Shown: in pieces, positions 32,937 to 44,045 of the stretch
How positions within the stretch are numbered: the stretch's first letter is position 1
Layout of the letters: each line of letters begins with the position of its first letter
Assembly: GCA_902572595.1 (NCBI GenBank)
Contig: CACGGL010000001.1
Span: forward strand, 1,990 to 65,989
From: an uncultured Prochlorococcus sp.
Lineage (GTDB): Bacteria > Cyanobacteriota > Cyanobacteriia > PCC-6307 > Cyanobiaceae
Direction of reading: 5' to 3'
Length of the DNA stretch: 64,000 bases
Made by a program: the position numbers and the translations under genes
The notes under the pieces: generated by a model
Database searches by the model: none
What the model was told of the DNA's origin: nothing
The model's input: only the letters and a program-made list of their open reading frames with translations

Positions 32937-34121
32937 ATGTGTCCAGTCGCAGCAGAATCAAAGAATTCCAAGCCTAGTTCAAAAAAAAAGATCAATAAAA
33001 AAATTAATACAAATTTAGAAACAGTAGTTGAAGAAGATAGTAATAAAAATAATCAAACTTTACAGACATCTGCTGAGTTAAACGAAAGCAATATTGCAAA
33101 TAACAATAATGAATTTAGTGATTCTGAAGAAGAAGATAAAGGGCTCGGGAATATAAAGCTTGGGCCAAAAGGTATCTACACTGAAGATTCAATAAGAGTT
33201 TATCTCCAAGAAATTGGAAGAATTAGACTTTTAAGACCAGATGAAGAAATTGAGCTTGCAAGAAAAATTGCTGACTTACTCCAATTAGAAGAGCTAGCGA
33301 CTCAATATGAGTCAGAAAAAGGGCATTTCCCATCTGTAAGAGAATGGGCCGAGTTGATAGATATGCCTCTTCCTAAATTTAGAAGAAGACTTCTCTTAGG
33401 GCGCAGAGCTAAAGAAAAAATGGTTCAATCAAATTTAAGATTAGTTGTTTCCATTGCTAAAAAATATATGAACAGAGGTTTATCATTTCAAGATTTAATT
33501 CAAGAAGGAAGTTTGGGTTTAATTAGGGCAGCGGAAAAATTCGACCATGAAAAAGGTTATAAGTTCTCTACATATGCAACTTGGTGGATTCGCCAAGCCA
33601 TTACAAGAGCAATTGCGGATCAAAGTAGAACTATTAGATTGCCAGTTCACTTATACGAGACAATATCCAGAATTAAAAAAACCACAAAAGTTCTTAGCCA
33701 AGAATTTGGCAGGAAACCTAGTGAAGAAGAAATCGCTGAGAGTATGGAAATGACAATCGAAAAATTAAGATTTATAGCTAAAAGTGCGCAACTTCCTATT
33801 TCTTTAGAAACTCCAATAGGGAAAGAAGAAGACTCAAGACTAGGAGACTTTATAGAGGCTGATATAGAAAATCCAGAGCAAGATGTTTCTAAAACTTTAC
33901 TAAGAGAAGATTTGGAAGGAGTATTAGCCACCCTTAGTCCAAGAGAAAGAGATGTTCTCAGATTGAGATATGGAATTGATGATGGAAGAATGAAAACTCT
34001 TGAAGAAATTGGCCAGATTTTTGATGTGACGAGAGAAAGAATTAGACAAATAGAGGCAAAAGCCCTAAGAAAACTTAGACATCCAAATCGAAATGGGGTT
34101 TTAAAAGAATATATAAAATAA
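32937..34121 (+). CDS. rpoD: Principal RNA polymerase sigma factor (SigA)
   Basis: [62 protein letters not shown]. Confidence 0.97.
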   Translation: MCPVAAESKNSKPSSKKKINKKINTNLETVVEEDSNKNNQTLQTSAELNESNIANNNNEFSDSEEEDKGLGNIKLGPKGIYTEDSIRVYLQEIGRIRLLRPDEEIELARKIADLLQLEELATQYESEKGHFPSVREWAELIDMPLPKFRRRLLLGRRAKEKMVQSNLRLVVSIAKKYMNRGLSFQDLIQEGSLGLIRAAEKFDHEKGYKFSTYATWWIRQAITRAIADQSRTIRLPVHLYETISRIKKTTKVLSQEFGRKPSEEEIAESMEMTIEKLRFIAKSAQLPISLETPIGKEEDSRLGDFIEADIENPEQDVSKTLLREDLEGVLATLSPRERDVLRLRYGIDDGRMKTLEEIGQIFDVTRERIRQIEAKALRKLRHPNRNGVLKEYIK

Positions 34122-34218
34122 AAAAAGTTAAATATAATATTCAGCTTTAAAAACTGGCAAAATAATAGCTTAAGATAGATTCGACTTTATTTTTAATTCA
34201 AACTCAAAATAATATTTA

Positions 34219-35169
34219 ATGACTAATTTTAAGCTAAAAATAGCTAGTAGAAGAAGTAAGCTAGCAATGGTTCAAACTTTATGGGTTAAAGATCAACTAG
34301 AAAGGAATATTCCCAATTTAGAGGTATCTATAGAAGCTATGGCAACTCAAGGTGACAAAATCCTTGATGTAGCCTTAGCAAAAATAGGCGACAAAGGTTT
34401 ATTTACAAAAGAACTTGAAGCACAAATGCTCGTAGGCCATGCAGATATAGCTGTACATTCTCTGAAAGATTTACCAACCAATTTGCCTAGTGGCCTTAAA
34501 TTAGGATGCATTACAAAAAGGGAGGATCCTGCAGATGCTTTAGTAGTAAACAAAAAAAATGACTGTTACAAACTAGAAACCCTACCTGAAGGTTCGATTG
34601 TTGGCACAAGCTCTCTAAGAAGACTTGCACAATTAAGAAATAAGTACCCACATCTTGTTTTCAAAGATATCAGAGGAAATGTTATTACAAGAATTGAAAA
34701 ATTAGATGCAGGAGAATTTGATTGTATAATTCTTGCGGCCGCTGGTTTAAAGAGATTAGGCTTTGAATCAAGAATTCACCAGATTATCCCAAGTGAAATT
34801 TCCCTTCATGCCGTTGGCCAAGGAGCACTAGGCATTGAATGTAAATCTGATGATAAAAAAGTTTTAGAAATTATAAATATCTTAGAAGATAAGCCCACCA
34901 GTCAAAGATGTCTAGCAGAAAGGGCTTTTTTAAGAGAGCTTGAAGGTGGATGCCAAGTCCCAATAGGTGTAAATAGTAAAATTCAGAATGAACAACTTTG
35001 CCTTACTGGTATGGTTGCATCTCTTGATGGAGAAAGGCTTATTAAAGATCAATATATTGGCAATATTAATGATCCCGAAGAAGGAGGCAAAGAACTAGCT
35101 AAAAAATTAAAGCAGCAAGGTGCCGAAGAAATACTAAACGAAATATTTGAAAAATTTAGAGAAAAATAA
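34219..35169 (+). CDS. hemC: Hydroxymethylbilane synthase
   Basis: [37 protein letters not shown]. Confidence 0.97.
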   Translation: MTNFKLKIASRRSKLAMVQTLWVKDQLERNIPNLEVSIEAMATQGDKILDVALAKIGDKGLFTKELEAQMLVGHADIAVHSLKDLPTNLPSGLKLGCITKREDPADALVVNKKNDCYKLETLPEGSIVGTSSLRRLAQLRNKYPHLVFKDIRGNVITRIEKLDAGEFDCIILAAAGLKRLGFESRIHQIIPSEISLHAVGQGALGIECKSDDKKVLEIINILEDKPTSQRCLAERAFLRELEGGCQVPIGVNSKIQNEQLCLTGMVASLDGERLIKDQYIGNINDPEEGGKELAKKLKQQGAEEILNEIFEKFREK

Positions 35170-35175
35170 AATTTG

Positions 35176-35766
35176 TTAATTTACTAATTTAGGATCAATT
35201 TCTTTTTTGTATCTCTCTTCACAATCTTTAATCACTTTAACAGCTTCTTCTATCCCAAAAAAACCATTTACTGTACATGTTCCTGGTTTTTTTAGGTCTT
35301 TGTAGTGCTCCCAATAATACTTTGTTTCTTTTAACCAATGATCTCCAAGGTCTTCATAACTTGAGATATGATCCATTCTTTTATCATCCGCTAGAACCGC
35401 TATTACCTTATCATCGACCTCTCCACCATCATCAAATTTCATCACCCCAATAATCCTTGCTTCCACAATAGATCCTGGTATCAATGGCTCAGTTACTCCA
35501 ACAATTTCTACATCAAGTGGATCTCCATCTTCATCCCATGTCCTTGGAATACATCCATAAGCAAAAGGATACGCAAGTGATGAATAACCTACCCTATCAA
35601 GTTTAAGATGGCCCGTTTCTGTAATTAATTCATATTTATTTATGGTATTAGAGTTCAATTCAACAATAGTGTTTATTATTGTATTTGAGCTATCAGTGAA
35701 AGCATTTAATATGTGCAATAAATTTGGGGTAACCCTGCTTGGGGGCTGATTTAGATTTGCCATCAA
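35176..35766 (-). CDS. ppa: Family I inorganic pyrophosphatase (intact active site)
   Basis: NKYE, LDR, YPFAYG, DGDPLD, DGGEVDDK, HYK. Confidence 0.92.
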   Translation of the reverse strand: MMANLNQPPSRVTPNLLHILNAFTDSSNTIINTIVELNSNTINKYELITETGHLKLDRVGYSSLAYPFAYGCIPRTWDEDGDPLDVEIVGVTEPLIPGSIVEARIIGVMKFDDGGEVDDKVIAVLADDKRMDHISSYEDLGDHWLKETKYYWEHYKDLKKPGTCTVNGFFGIEEAVKVIKDCEERYKKEIDPKLVN

Positions 35767-35826
35767 GAAATTATTTTTATTTATCTTACATCCTCACACC
35801 TAACCAAATTCTTTAAAAGTAATGTT

Positions 35827-37332
35827 TCAGCAAAAATCATCTATTTTAGACCTTAAATGATTAATAAAATAGTTTGGCGATAGTTCTTCATTAGTTACAG
35901 CTCTTACCAACTCCATACAATTAACTGATCTGCCATATTCATGTATATTATTTTTCAACCAAAAGATGATCTTTTGATATTCACCATTTTCAATTAAGTT
36001 GTCAATCAACCCTATGTCTCTTTCCATTTGAAAAGATATTTGCGCACTTATAACATGTCCTAACAAATATGAGGGGAAATATCCAAACGCCCCTTCACTC
36101 CAATGAACATCTTGAAGACAACCTTCTGAATCATTAGATGGTTTAATTCCTAGGAGTTCATCATATCTTTTATTCCACTCTATTGGAATATCTTCAGCAG
36201 GTAACCCTCTTTCAATTAAATCTATTTCAAGTTCGGTTCTTATTAATATGTGTAAGCCATAAGTCAATTCATCCGCTTCAACCCTATTTAATCCTGCTTC
36301 CAAATGATTAATAGATTTCCATAGTTCTAAATAATTATTAAGAGAACATCCAGCCGAAACAAATTTGTTAAAAAATCTTTTTGAAAAAGATTTGGATTTA
36401 ACTATTCTATTTTCCCAAAATAAAGATTGACTTTCATGAATACCCATAGAGGTTGCTTGACCTAAAGGCCAAGCAAACCATTGATGACTTTGAGATGGCA
36501 AACCCTGCTCATAAATAGAATGCCCCCACTCATGCGCAGTTGCTAAAAAACTTGATAATGGTTCACCTTCAACAATTCTTGTCGTAATCCTGTAATCATT
36601 AGGTCCTAATGTAATCGAAAAAGGATGGGGAGATTTACCAACAACAACTAGATCTTTATCTCTCCCAAACTCATCAAGTAATTGAGAACATAAATTATGT
36701 TGAGATTCTGGACTCAAATCCCAGTGATATTTCTTAGATTTATTAATCCCTCTAATCAACTCTGGGAGAGTGTCTTTCAAAGGCTGAAACATTTTATTCA
36801 GCCACTTTAAAGTTAATTCAGGTTCAAAGGGTTGGGCTAAAGTTTCCCATGGTGAATATTGATCTGATATTTGTTTTGCCTCTTCAATTCGCAATTTAAC
36901 TAATTCTTCGAAGAAAGGAAGAAAAATTTTAAAATCTGATTTTTCCTTAGCTTCTTGCCAGCTTTCATACCCTTTAGATTTTGCCTTTGCTAGAGACTCG
37001 ACTAATTTAGGATCTAAATTTCTTTCTCTATTAAATTCCTTCAATAAAAGACTAATATTTCTTTCTTTATCTTTTATGAAAAGTTGATTATCGGAATTTC
37101 GCTCAATATCTGCTAGTTCATTTTTAGCAGATTGTATTAAATTAGAAAATTCCTCGGAAGAATTTCTTTCATGCAATACTTTTGCAATATAAGTAAGTTG
37201 TTCAGACCTCCAAGAAGCACCCTTCTTTGGCATTCCAGTATTCTGATCCCAATAAAGTGTATTTTGGATTGAACCTAATATCTGTGTTTCTTTAAGGTAA
37301 GCACCGAGCTTATTCCAATGAGTTTCAGCCAA
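35827..37332 (-). CDS. Carboxypeptidase Taq (M32) metallopeptidase
   Basis: HPF, HEWGH, HESQS, RVEADE, GCLQDVHW, GYFPSY. Confidence 0.95.
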   Translation of the reverse strand: MAETHWNKLGAYLKETQILGSIQNTLYWDQNTGMPKKGASWRSEQLTYIAKVLHERNSSEEFSNLIQSAKNELADIERNSDNQLFIKDKERNISLLLKEFNRERNLDPKLVESLAKAKSKGYESWQEAKEKSDFKIFLPFFEELVKLRIEEAKQISDQYSPWETLAQPFEPELTLKWLNKMFQPLKDTLPELIRGINKSKKYHWDLSPESQHNLCSQLLDEFGRDKDLVVVGKSPHPFSITLGPNDYRITTRIVEGEPLSSFLATAHEWGHSIYEQGLPSQSHQWFAWPLGQATSMGIHESQSLFWENRIVKSKSFSKRFFNKFVSAGCSLNNYLELWKSINHLEAGLNRVEADELTYGLHILIRTELEIDLIERGLPAEDIPIEWNKRYDELLGIKPSNDSEGCLQDVHWSEGAFGYFPSYLLGHVISAQISFQMERDIGLIDNLIENGEYQKIIFWLKNNIHEYGRSVNCMELVRAVTNEELSPNYFINHLRSKIDDFC

Positions 37333-37442
37333 AGATTTAAATGGAAATTAAATTTATCTTAAGATAAAAATTTTAATGTCTGCAGTAAAGTATGCATCTT
37401 TTTATCCATAATAGGATATTGATTAATTAAGTTTTAACTTAT

Positions 37443-37898
37443 ATGGAACAAATATTTTCAAAATTAAAATTCATAACCCATGGCGAGGGTTTTATTGATA
37501 TCACATATGATTTAAATTTATGTGTTGAAAAAAATAATTTTCATTCTGGAATTTTAAATTTAACTTCACTTCATACAAGTTGCAGTTTAACTATTAATGA
37601 GAATGCAGATCCAAATGTACTGAGAGACCTAAAAAAGTATATGCAATCGATAGTTCCCTATGATTCCTACTTAACCTTATCAAAAAATAGAGAAGAAATA
37701 TCCTATAAACATTATCAAGAAGGGGCTGACGATATGCCTGCACATATTAAAACATCCCTAACAAACACTTGTTTATCTTTGAGTTTTCAAGACGGGAAAA
37801 TTATGCTTGGCAGATGGCAAGCAGTTTATTTATGGGAACATCGATTTGATCAAAAGGAAAGAATAATTAATGTACATATAATTGGTGAGAAAAAGTAA
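37443..37898 (+). CDS. YjbQ/UPF0047 family protein
   Basis: HTSCSLTINEN, DDMPAHIK, LGRWQAVYLWEH. Confidence 0.9.
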   Translation: MEQIFSKLKFITHGEGFIDITYDLNLCVEKNNFHSGILNLTSLHTSCSLTINENADPNVLRDLKKYMQSIVPYDSYLTLSKNREEISYKHYQEGADDMPAHIKTSLTNTCLSLSFQDGKIMLGRWQAVYLWEHRFDQKERIINVHIIGEKK

Positions 37899-37934
37899 GA
37901 TATTTATAATGTAATAAGTCAGATTTCTTATTTA

Positions 37935-38225
37935 ATGGAACCCTACATTTTGCAAGATGAAGAATTGAATGAATTAGTTGTCAAAATACCTGGCTGGGAA
38001 ATTAAATCTAAACAAATCCAAAGAGAATTTAACTTCGCTAATTTTATTGAAGCCTTTGCTTTTATGACTAAGGTTGCTTTAATCTGTGAAAAATATAATC
38101 ATCATCCTAACTGGGAGAACGTTTATGCAAAAGTAATAATTAAATTAAATACACATGATCTAGGAGGTATTACGAATCTGGATCAAACATTAGCTTCGGA
38201 AATCAACAAAATTTTCGATCAATAA
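37935..38225 (+). CDS. Pterin-4a-carbinolamine dehydratase
   Basis: F.NF..AF.FM, NHHPNW, THDLGG. Confidence 0.92.
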   Translation: MEPYILQDEELNELVVKIPGWEIKSKQIQREFNFANFIEAFAFMTKVALICEKYNHHPNWENVYAKVIIKLNTHDLGGITNLDQTLASEINKIFDQ

Positions 38226-38254
38226 AAATATAAACTTGTTTTCAACTATTCAAA

Positions 38255-39259
38255 ATGTCTAAAAATTTATTACCAGTTACTATTATTAGTGGATTTTTAG
38301 GTTCTGGCAAAACTACACTTCTAAATCATATTTTAAAAAATCAAGTTGGTATTAAAACAGCTGTTTTAGTCAACGAATTTGGAGAAATCGGAATAGATAA
38401 TGACTTAATAATAGAAGGCTCAGAAGATATGATCGAATTAAATAATGGATGTATATGTTGCTCTATCAATGGCGAATTATTAAATACCGTATCCAAAGTT
38501 TTAGAAAGAGCTGAAGAATTAGAATATTTGATTGTTGAAACAACTGGATTAGCAGATCCATTACCAGTAGCCATGACTTTTGCGGCTGGTGATCTTAGAG
38601 AAAAAGTAAGATTAGATTCGATAATCACTGTCATTGATGGAGAAAATTTTGATTTTGAAATTAATAATACAAGTGTCGCCTATTCTCAAATTTTATACGG
38701 AGATATCCTTCTTCTTAATAAATCTGATTTAGTAAATGAAAAACAATTAAAGAAAATAGAGGAGTTTATAAATAAAATAAAAAAAGAACCAAGGATTTTG
38801 AGATCAACTAATAGTGAAGTTGCATTACATACAATAATGAGCGTTGGTCTATTTGAGACGGATACTTTTGAATTCGAGAAAAATAAAAAAAATATAGAAC
38901 AAAATTCAAACGATCACTCTTCTCATTCCCACGATCACCCTTCTCATTCCCACGATTTGATCAATAATATCGAGGGTTTTACCTCAGTTTCATATGAGAC
39001 ATTTGAACCATTTTCTTTAAGAAAGTTTCAATATTTCTTAGATAATCAAATCTCACAAAATGTATTTAGAGCAAAAGGAATATTATGGTTTATGGAAAGT
39101 GAAAGAAAACATATTTTTCACCTATCTGGAAAGAGGTTTTCTCTAGATGATGAGGAATGGACAAAAGAAAAATCTAACAAGATAGTATTAATTGGGAAAA
39201 ACTTAGATCACCATACTATTAAAAATCAACTGTCATCATGTAGATTTAATTCAGATTAG
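38255..39259 (+). CDS. COG0523/CobW-family metallochaperone GTPase
   Basis: GFLGSGKTT, NEFGE, GCICC, ETTGLADP, NKSD, His-rich linker, RAKG. Confidence 0.92.
   Translation: MSKNLLPVTIISGFLGSGKTTLLNHILKNQVGIKTAVLVNEFGEIGIDNDLIIEGSEDMIELNNGCICCSINGELLNTVSKVLERAEELEYLIVETTGLADPLPVAMTFAAGDLREKVRLDSIITVIDGENFDFEINNTSVAYSQILYGDILLLNKSDLVNEKQLKKIEEFINKIKKEPRILRSTNSEVALHTIMSVGLFETDTFEFEKNKKNIEQNSNDHSSHSHDHPSHSHDLINNIEGFTSVSYETFEPFSLRKFQYFLDNQISQNVFRAKGILWFMESERKHIFHLSGKRFSLDDEEWTKEKSNKIVLIGKNLDHHTIKNQLSSCRFNSD
38910..38956 (+). repeat. 21-bp in-frame tandem repeat (2.2 copies) encoding DH(S/P)SHSH
   Basis: ACGATCACTCTTCTCATTCCC / ACGATCACCCTTCTCATTCCC / ACGAT. Confidence 0.9.
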
Positions 39260-39285
39260 AGTTCATATTAGGATTTAATTAATTT

Positions 39286-40824
39286 TTGAAAATACGCATT
39301 AAAGGGTTTAAAAAAACATTAACAGAATTAAATTTTCTTTATTTCACTTCGTTTATTGTTTCACTCTTAGTAATCATTCCAATTTCCAATTTTCTTCTAG
39401 AGGGAATTGGTTACATTTTTAGTGGAAATTTTTCATTAGGTATTGCTGGAGGAGAAGAGGTCTTAGGCACTTTAAAAGTTCTAATATTAACAAGTTTTTT
39501 TGGCGGCGGGTTAGGAACTTTGAATGGATGGTTACTTTCAAATTGTGATTTTAAGTTCAGAAAAGTTCTCCGTATTTGTCAGCTAGTTCCACTGGCTGCC
39601 CCAGCATATCTAATAACTGCTATTTTGCAGGATTTAGGAAGTATTTTTGGGTATCAAGTAACTGGTTTATGGTGGGGGGTATTAATACTTTCAATTTCTA
39701 CTTATCCATATGTATTCATTCTTGCTAACGAAAGTTTTAATAAATTTGGAGTTAATCAAATCAATGCCAGTAGAGGATTAGGAGTAGGGCCTTGGAGCAG
39801 CTTCTTTAAAATCGCTTTTCCAATGGCGTTACCAGCACTAATAACAGGAATAAGTTTAATGTGTATGGAAGTAATGAATGAGTTAGGTACATTTGCATTA
39901 TTAAACATACCAAGTATTTCAACTGGTATAGCTGAAAATTGGATAATTGAGGGTAATCCAAAAAGTGCTATTGGATTATCTTTGGTAGCCTTGTTAATGA
40001 TTTTCACTTTAGTTATTTTCGAAAAGTTATCAAGAAAAAAATCAAAGAGGTGGAGTGAAAATCCTGCATCAAAAGATTCTCAAGGATGGGAATTAAACAA
40101 AACTAGAGCTTTTTTAGCAATAATCATATCTTTATTTCCCCCAATTTTCTCTTTTGGGATTCCATGTTTTTGGATTCTACTCAATATAGATCTAATTCAA
40201 AAAGGGTTATCTATAGAATTACTTAGCCTATCATTAAGGACCATAAGTCTAGGACTTTTAACTGCATTAATAGCGATGCTATTCTCCTTAATAATTTCTT
40301 TAGTCAGACGCGCAAATAAAAGCTTTTTATTAGAATTAATAACAAATCTTGCGGGGATAGGTTACGCAATCCCAGGTACTGTATTAGCTTTATCTTTAAT
40401 AAGCATTTCTTCTTCAAAATTCAATTTTATTGCTATTTGCTTACTAATTTGGGGTTATCTTGTCCGATTTCTAACTATCTCTAAGGGTTCTATTGATTCA
40501 AGTCTTGAGAGAATTTCTCCTAGTCTTGATGAAGCAGCACTTGGACTCGGAGAGAATTGGCTGGGGATCATCAAAAGAATTCATCTACCTCTTCTCCAAG
40601 GACCAATATTCGTAGGATCACTTCTAGTTTTTGTTGACACGATAAAAGAATTACCCATTACCTTTATTTTAAGACCATTCGATTTCGATACATTATCAGT
40701 GAGAATATATCAATATGCTGGAGATGAAAGAATGGTAGAGGCAATATTACCGGCCATTCTTATCATGACTTTAGGCCTTATTGCATCAATGACATTGATA
40801 CCAAGTTTAGAGAAAAAACACTAA
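39286..40824 (+). CDS. futB: Fe(III) ABC transporter permease
   Basis: Duplicated permease halves, PLAAPAY, YPYV, EAA loop (LDEAALGLG), KELPITFILRPFDFDTL. Confidence 0.88.
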   Translation: MKIRIKGFKKTLTELNFLYFTSFIVSLLVIIPISNFLLEGIGYIFSGNFSLGIAGGEEVLGTLKVLILTSFFGGGLGTLNGWLLSNCDFKFRKVLRICQLVPLAAPAYLITAILQDLGSIFGYQVTGLWWGVLILSISTYPYVFILANESFNKFGVNQINASRGLGVGPWSSFFKIAFPMALPALITGISLMCMEVMNELGTFALLNIPSISTGIAENWIIEGNPKSAIGLSLVALLMIFTLVIFEKLSRKKSKRWSENPASKDSQGWELNKTRAFLAIIISLFPPIFSFGIPCFWILLNIDLIQKGLSIELLSLSLRTISLGLLTALIAMLFSLIISLVRRANKSFLLELITNLAGIGYAIPGTVLALSLISISSSKFNFIAICLLIWGYLVRFLTISKGSIDSSLERISPSLDEAALGLGENWLGIIKRIHLPLLQGPIFVGSLLVFVDTIKELPITFILRPFDFDTLSVRIYQYAGDERMVEAILPAILIMTLGLIASMTLIPSLEKKH

Positions 40825-41777
40825 ATTCTTGTAGACACTTTTCTTATTAAGAAAGGTAAGCTTAACAACAAATCTGCCGATGTAGATATAACCCTAAAAT
40901 AAACTAAACTTATAAGAATTATATTTTCTGGAATACTTTTGCCAACAAATAAAAGGAGGCAAGCCTCAAAAACGCCAACTCCTCCTGGAGCTGCCGGGAC
41001 TACCAAGCCTATGGACCATGACAAAGAAAAAATTACTAATAAAAATATGATGTTCAGGTTATTACTTGTATAAAAAGTATTTAAGCAAATATAAAACCCA
41101 ATAAATTTTGATAAAACAAAACCAATTTCAAGAAATAAAGCTCTAGAAGGGAAAAAAGAAACTATATTTATAGTCTTTTCAAATTGGCCCTTTGAATTTG
41201 GAAGTCTCAAAACCTCAAATACTTTCCCCTTAAGAGACCCTAATATTTTTAATATCAAAAAAATAAATTTTCTATTTAAGAATAATAAAGGAAAAACTAA
41301 AAAAAAATAAAGTGGTGAAAAAATTAATCCCAATGATGCTAAGAGAAAAGATCCACTCAACATAAAATAAGGTTCTATAAGCGTCGAATATAAAGCAATC
41401 TGTGGATTACTTATTTTTTTTATAAAATTAAATCTTTCAACAAAATGCCAAACCCCTCCAGGAACATATTTAAGAATATTGGTTAAAACATAGAATGAAA
41501 CTAAATTATTTCTTTTAAATTCTTTCCCGAACCATTTAACAATATATTTCCATGCATAAGCGTTCAAGTAAATACTTAAAACACAAAATAAAAATGATAA
41601 AAATAGATTAATTCCATTACTTTCTAAATTGATATCAAAAGAAATTTGATCAATATTATCAAAAAAATAGATGCAAAAATATAACAAGCTTGAAATAAAG
41701 AAAATACTCTTTAAATTTCCAAAATTAATTTTTTTAATAAATTTCGAATATGGTTGATTACTGATATTAAATCTCAT
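40821..41777 (-). CDS. YbhN / lysylphosphatidylglycerol synthase-like TM protein
   Basis: KYVPGGVWH, PAAPGGVGVFE; multiple TMs. Confidence 0.75.
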   Translation of the reverse strand: MRFNISNQPYSKFIKKINFGNLKSIFFISSLLYFCIYFFDNIDQISFDINLESNGINLFLSFLFCVLSIYLNAYAWKYIVKWFGKEFKRNNLVSFYVLTNILKYVPGGVWHFVERFNFIKKISNPQIALYSTLIEPYFMLSGSFLLASLGLIFSPLYFFLVFPLLFLNRKFIFLILKILGSLKGKVFEVLRLPNSKGQFEKTINIVSFFPSRALFLEIGFVLSKFIGFYICLNTFYTSNNLNIIFLLVIFSLSWSIGLVVPAAPGGVGVFEACLLLFVGKSIPENIILISLVYFRVISTSADLLLSLPFLIRKVSTRI

Positions 41778-43000
41778 TTCCAGTTTTCAAATGCTTTAAA
41801 TTTTTTACTTGATTCTTTTATTTTTTTTCTTATTTCGTAAGTTGATATTTTATGCTTTAGTTGTAATCTCAAAACCTCATCATTTTCTGGTTTCATGATT
41901 ATTGATCCATCTGGTTTCAGAGTTTGTTTAACTTTTATATTTCCAAAAGTCGTTGAACATTCTCCTCTTCGTCTAAGTAATATCCACCTAGATTGGGTCC
42001 TTTCACGAACCCCAATTGTATTGGAATAATCAAACCATAATCGCCTAAAAAATTCTTTTTTCTCTATTGGCAAAATTACTTGAATAGAAAATCCAATTCT
42101 ATTTTTTTTCATATTGATAGCTTGATAAGAAACGTCATAAGCTCCCTCAATTCTCATTTTCTCTACAAAATTAGATATATCTTCAGGTGTTTGATCATCA
42201 ATCCATGCTTCTTGAACAGATATCGTTTCATACTTTGGATTAATTTGTTCGTTAATAGAAGAGTCCCTAAATGAAGTAATTTTATAAACTCTCACCAAAT
42301 TAGGAAATGGAAATTTTAGGTTCCCAATGCCTACTCCATAAGAGTTAATAGAATATTTTGGAGGGAGTTCTAGATAGTCGACTAAATTAGCAAGTAAAGC
42401 AATGCCGGTTGGTGTTGAGAGTTCACCCTCTATTAAGTCAAGGCTTGATAAAACCTTAATATTTTTTTGTCTTATTAGCTCTATTACAGCAGGAGGTGGT
42501 ACAGATAACTTTCCATGTTCAGTTTGAACAAAACCTTTCCCCAACATTGGCTCATTACAATAAACCTTCTTTGGATTTAAGTAATTTAATGCAGCACATA
42601 CTCCAATGATATCCACCAATGAATCTATAGCTCCAATTTCATGAAAATGAACATCCTCAGATTTGATGCCATGAACTTTTCCTTCAGCAATTGCTAGAGA
42701 TTCAAATACTTTATAAATTATTTTTTTTAATTTATTTTCTAAGTTACTATTTAAAATAAGTTCCTTAATATTTCTCCAAGTTCTTTTGATAGGACTACAA
42801 TCGATATTCTCAACCTTTGTCTTAATCCCTCGGATTGAACAACTTTTGGATTCTTTAAAATCTAGTTGAAATAGATCCTTTAATCCAAGATCAATAAGTG
42901 GTTGTTCAATTACTTTTTTAGGCACCCCTAAATCATAAAAGGCTCCCAACAACATATCTCCAGAGATCCCGGGAGAACATTCGATTAAAATTTCTTCCAT
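41774..43000 (-). CDS. larC: Nickel pincer cofactor biosynthesis protein LarC
   Basis: GISGDMLLGA, AEGKVHG, VHFHEIGAIDS, HG.L.VPPPA, GELSTPTG, MKKNR, KPE. Confidence 0.9.
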   Translation of the reverse strand: MEEILIECSPGISGDMLLGAFYDLGVPKKVIEQPLIDLGLKDLFQLDFKESKSCSIRGIKTKVENIDCSPIKRTWRNIKELILNSNLENKLKKIIYKVFESLAIAEGKVHGIKSEDVHFHEIGAIDSLVDIIGVCAALNYLNPKKVYCNEPMLGKGFVQTEHGKLSVPPPAVIELIRQKNIKVLSSLDLIEGELSTPTGIALLANLVDYLELPPKYSINSYGVGIGNLKFPFPNLVRVYKITSFRDSSINEQINPKYETISVQEAWIDDQTPEDISNFVEKMRIEGAYDVSYQAINMKKNRIGFSIQVILPIEKKEFFRRLWFDYSNTIGVRERTQSRWILLRRRGECSTTFGNIKVKQTLKPDGSIIMKPENDEVLRLQLKHKISTYEIRKKIKESSKKFKAFENWK

Positions 43001-43051
43001 AAATCAAAGATTTCTTGATTAGCAAAATTCGGTGAAAATCAGAATTTCATT

Positions 43052-43651
43052 CTAGTGATTTTCAGAAAGATTTTTTTCAATCACTTCGCACTTTATTAAT
43101 TTCAAGGAATTTCCATCTCTGTTGATATCTAAACTTACAAAACTATGAAGAAGTTCAAGAGAAAGATCTCCTTTTATGACAAGTTTGAAATTTTTATTTT
43201 TAAAATTTTGTGACTTTGCAGCCGAGCAAACTTTAATAACAAATTCTTTCTTTTGAGTGTTGACAAAGACTAATTCTCCTCTAACAGAAAAATAATTATC
43301 TTTAAGATTTAATTCTTCTAATAATTTTGATAAGTTAGTTTTTGAAGAGTCATTTGGGAAGTTATTCAGTTGATAAGGATCCCAAACTCCAGCAACCTGT
43401 AAATGTAAGTTTTGAGTATTTTTATTTTTTGGGTAAACAATCCAATAATAACTTTTCTTTAAATCAATATGCTTTTTTAAAAGTGGCAATGCTTTACCAA
43501 GTATTACTGTTTCAATTTTTTCACCTTTATTATCAATTAAAAAGCCCTTATTCAATTGCTCACTACCATTGGGTGTAAATTCACCATAAACGATACCGAT
43601 TGCTCTATGCTGTAAATGATTAGTAACTTTTGGGATAGGGTTTTTTAACAT
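43052..43651 (-). CDS. Conserved hypothetical protein
   Basis: 199 aa ORF co-oriented with its neighbours (RAIGIVYG, WIVYPK, YFSVRGELVF); no function assignable. Confidence 0.7.
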   Translation of the reverse strand: MLKNPIPKVTNHLQHRAIGIVYGEFTPNGSEQLNKGFLIDNKGEKIETVILGKALPLLKKHIDLKKSYYWIVYPKNKNTQNLHLQVAGVWDPYQLNNFPNDSSKTNLSKLLEELNLKDNYFSVRGELVFVNTQKKEFVIKVCSAAKSQNFKNKNFKLVIKGDLSLELLHSFVSLDINRDGNSLKLIKCEVIEKNLSENH

Positions 43652-43690
43652 ATTAAAAATTTGAAGATAACAATTAATCGTATATAACTA

Positions 43691-43990
43691 TTATTTTTCC
43701 TCCAAACTATTAAATGACTTTAACGCATCGTCAATAGCATCAGAAGGTTTAGTCGCATCATTCATACTGTTTGCTCTCCGAATCATTTCAACAATTTCAA
43801 AAGGATTGGCTGGAAGAACTGAACTATCCTCTTCTATTTTAGTTGAGGTATCGATTTCTAATTCTTCTAATAAATATTCAGCATTTAAGTAATGACCTTT
43901 GAAGGGAAATAACAAAGTAAAGAAAACTACAAAAATTATAGGTTTAGGTAGTTTTTCGCAAAAATAATTATTCATTTTATTTGATTTCAA
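43691..43990 (-). CDS. Small exported hypothetical protein
   Basis: Hydrophobic N-terminus; NPFEIVEMIRRANSMNDAT.PSDAIDDAL. Confidence 0.6.
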   Translation of the reverse strand: MKSNKMNNYFCEKLPKPIIFVVFFTLLFPFKGHYLNAEYLLEELEIDTSTKIEEDSSVLPANPFEIVEMIRRANSMNDATKPSDAIDDALKSFNSLEEK

Positions 43991-44045
43991 ATTTCTTTAA
44001 TGCCAAGATTTCTGCTAACTTAATCTTACATAATTTGGTAGAAAT

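Noticed and set aside
38910-38956. CRISPR-like repeat
   Set aside because: Units are adjacent with no spacers, in frame inside a CDS, and no cas genes are present
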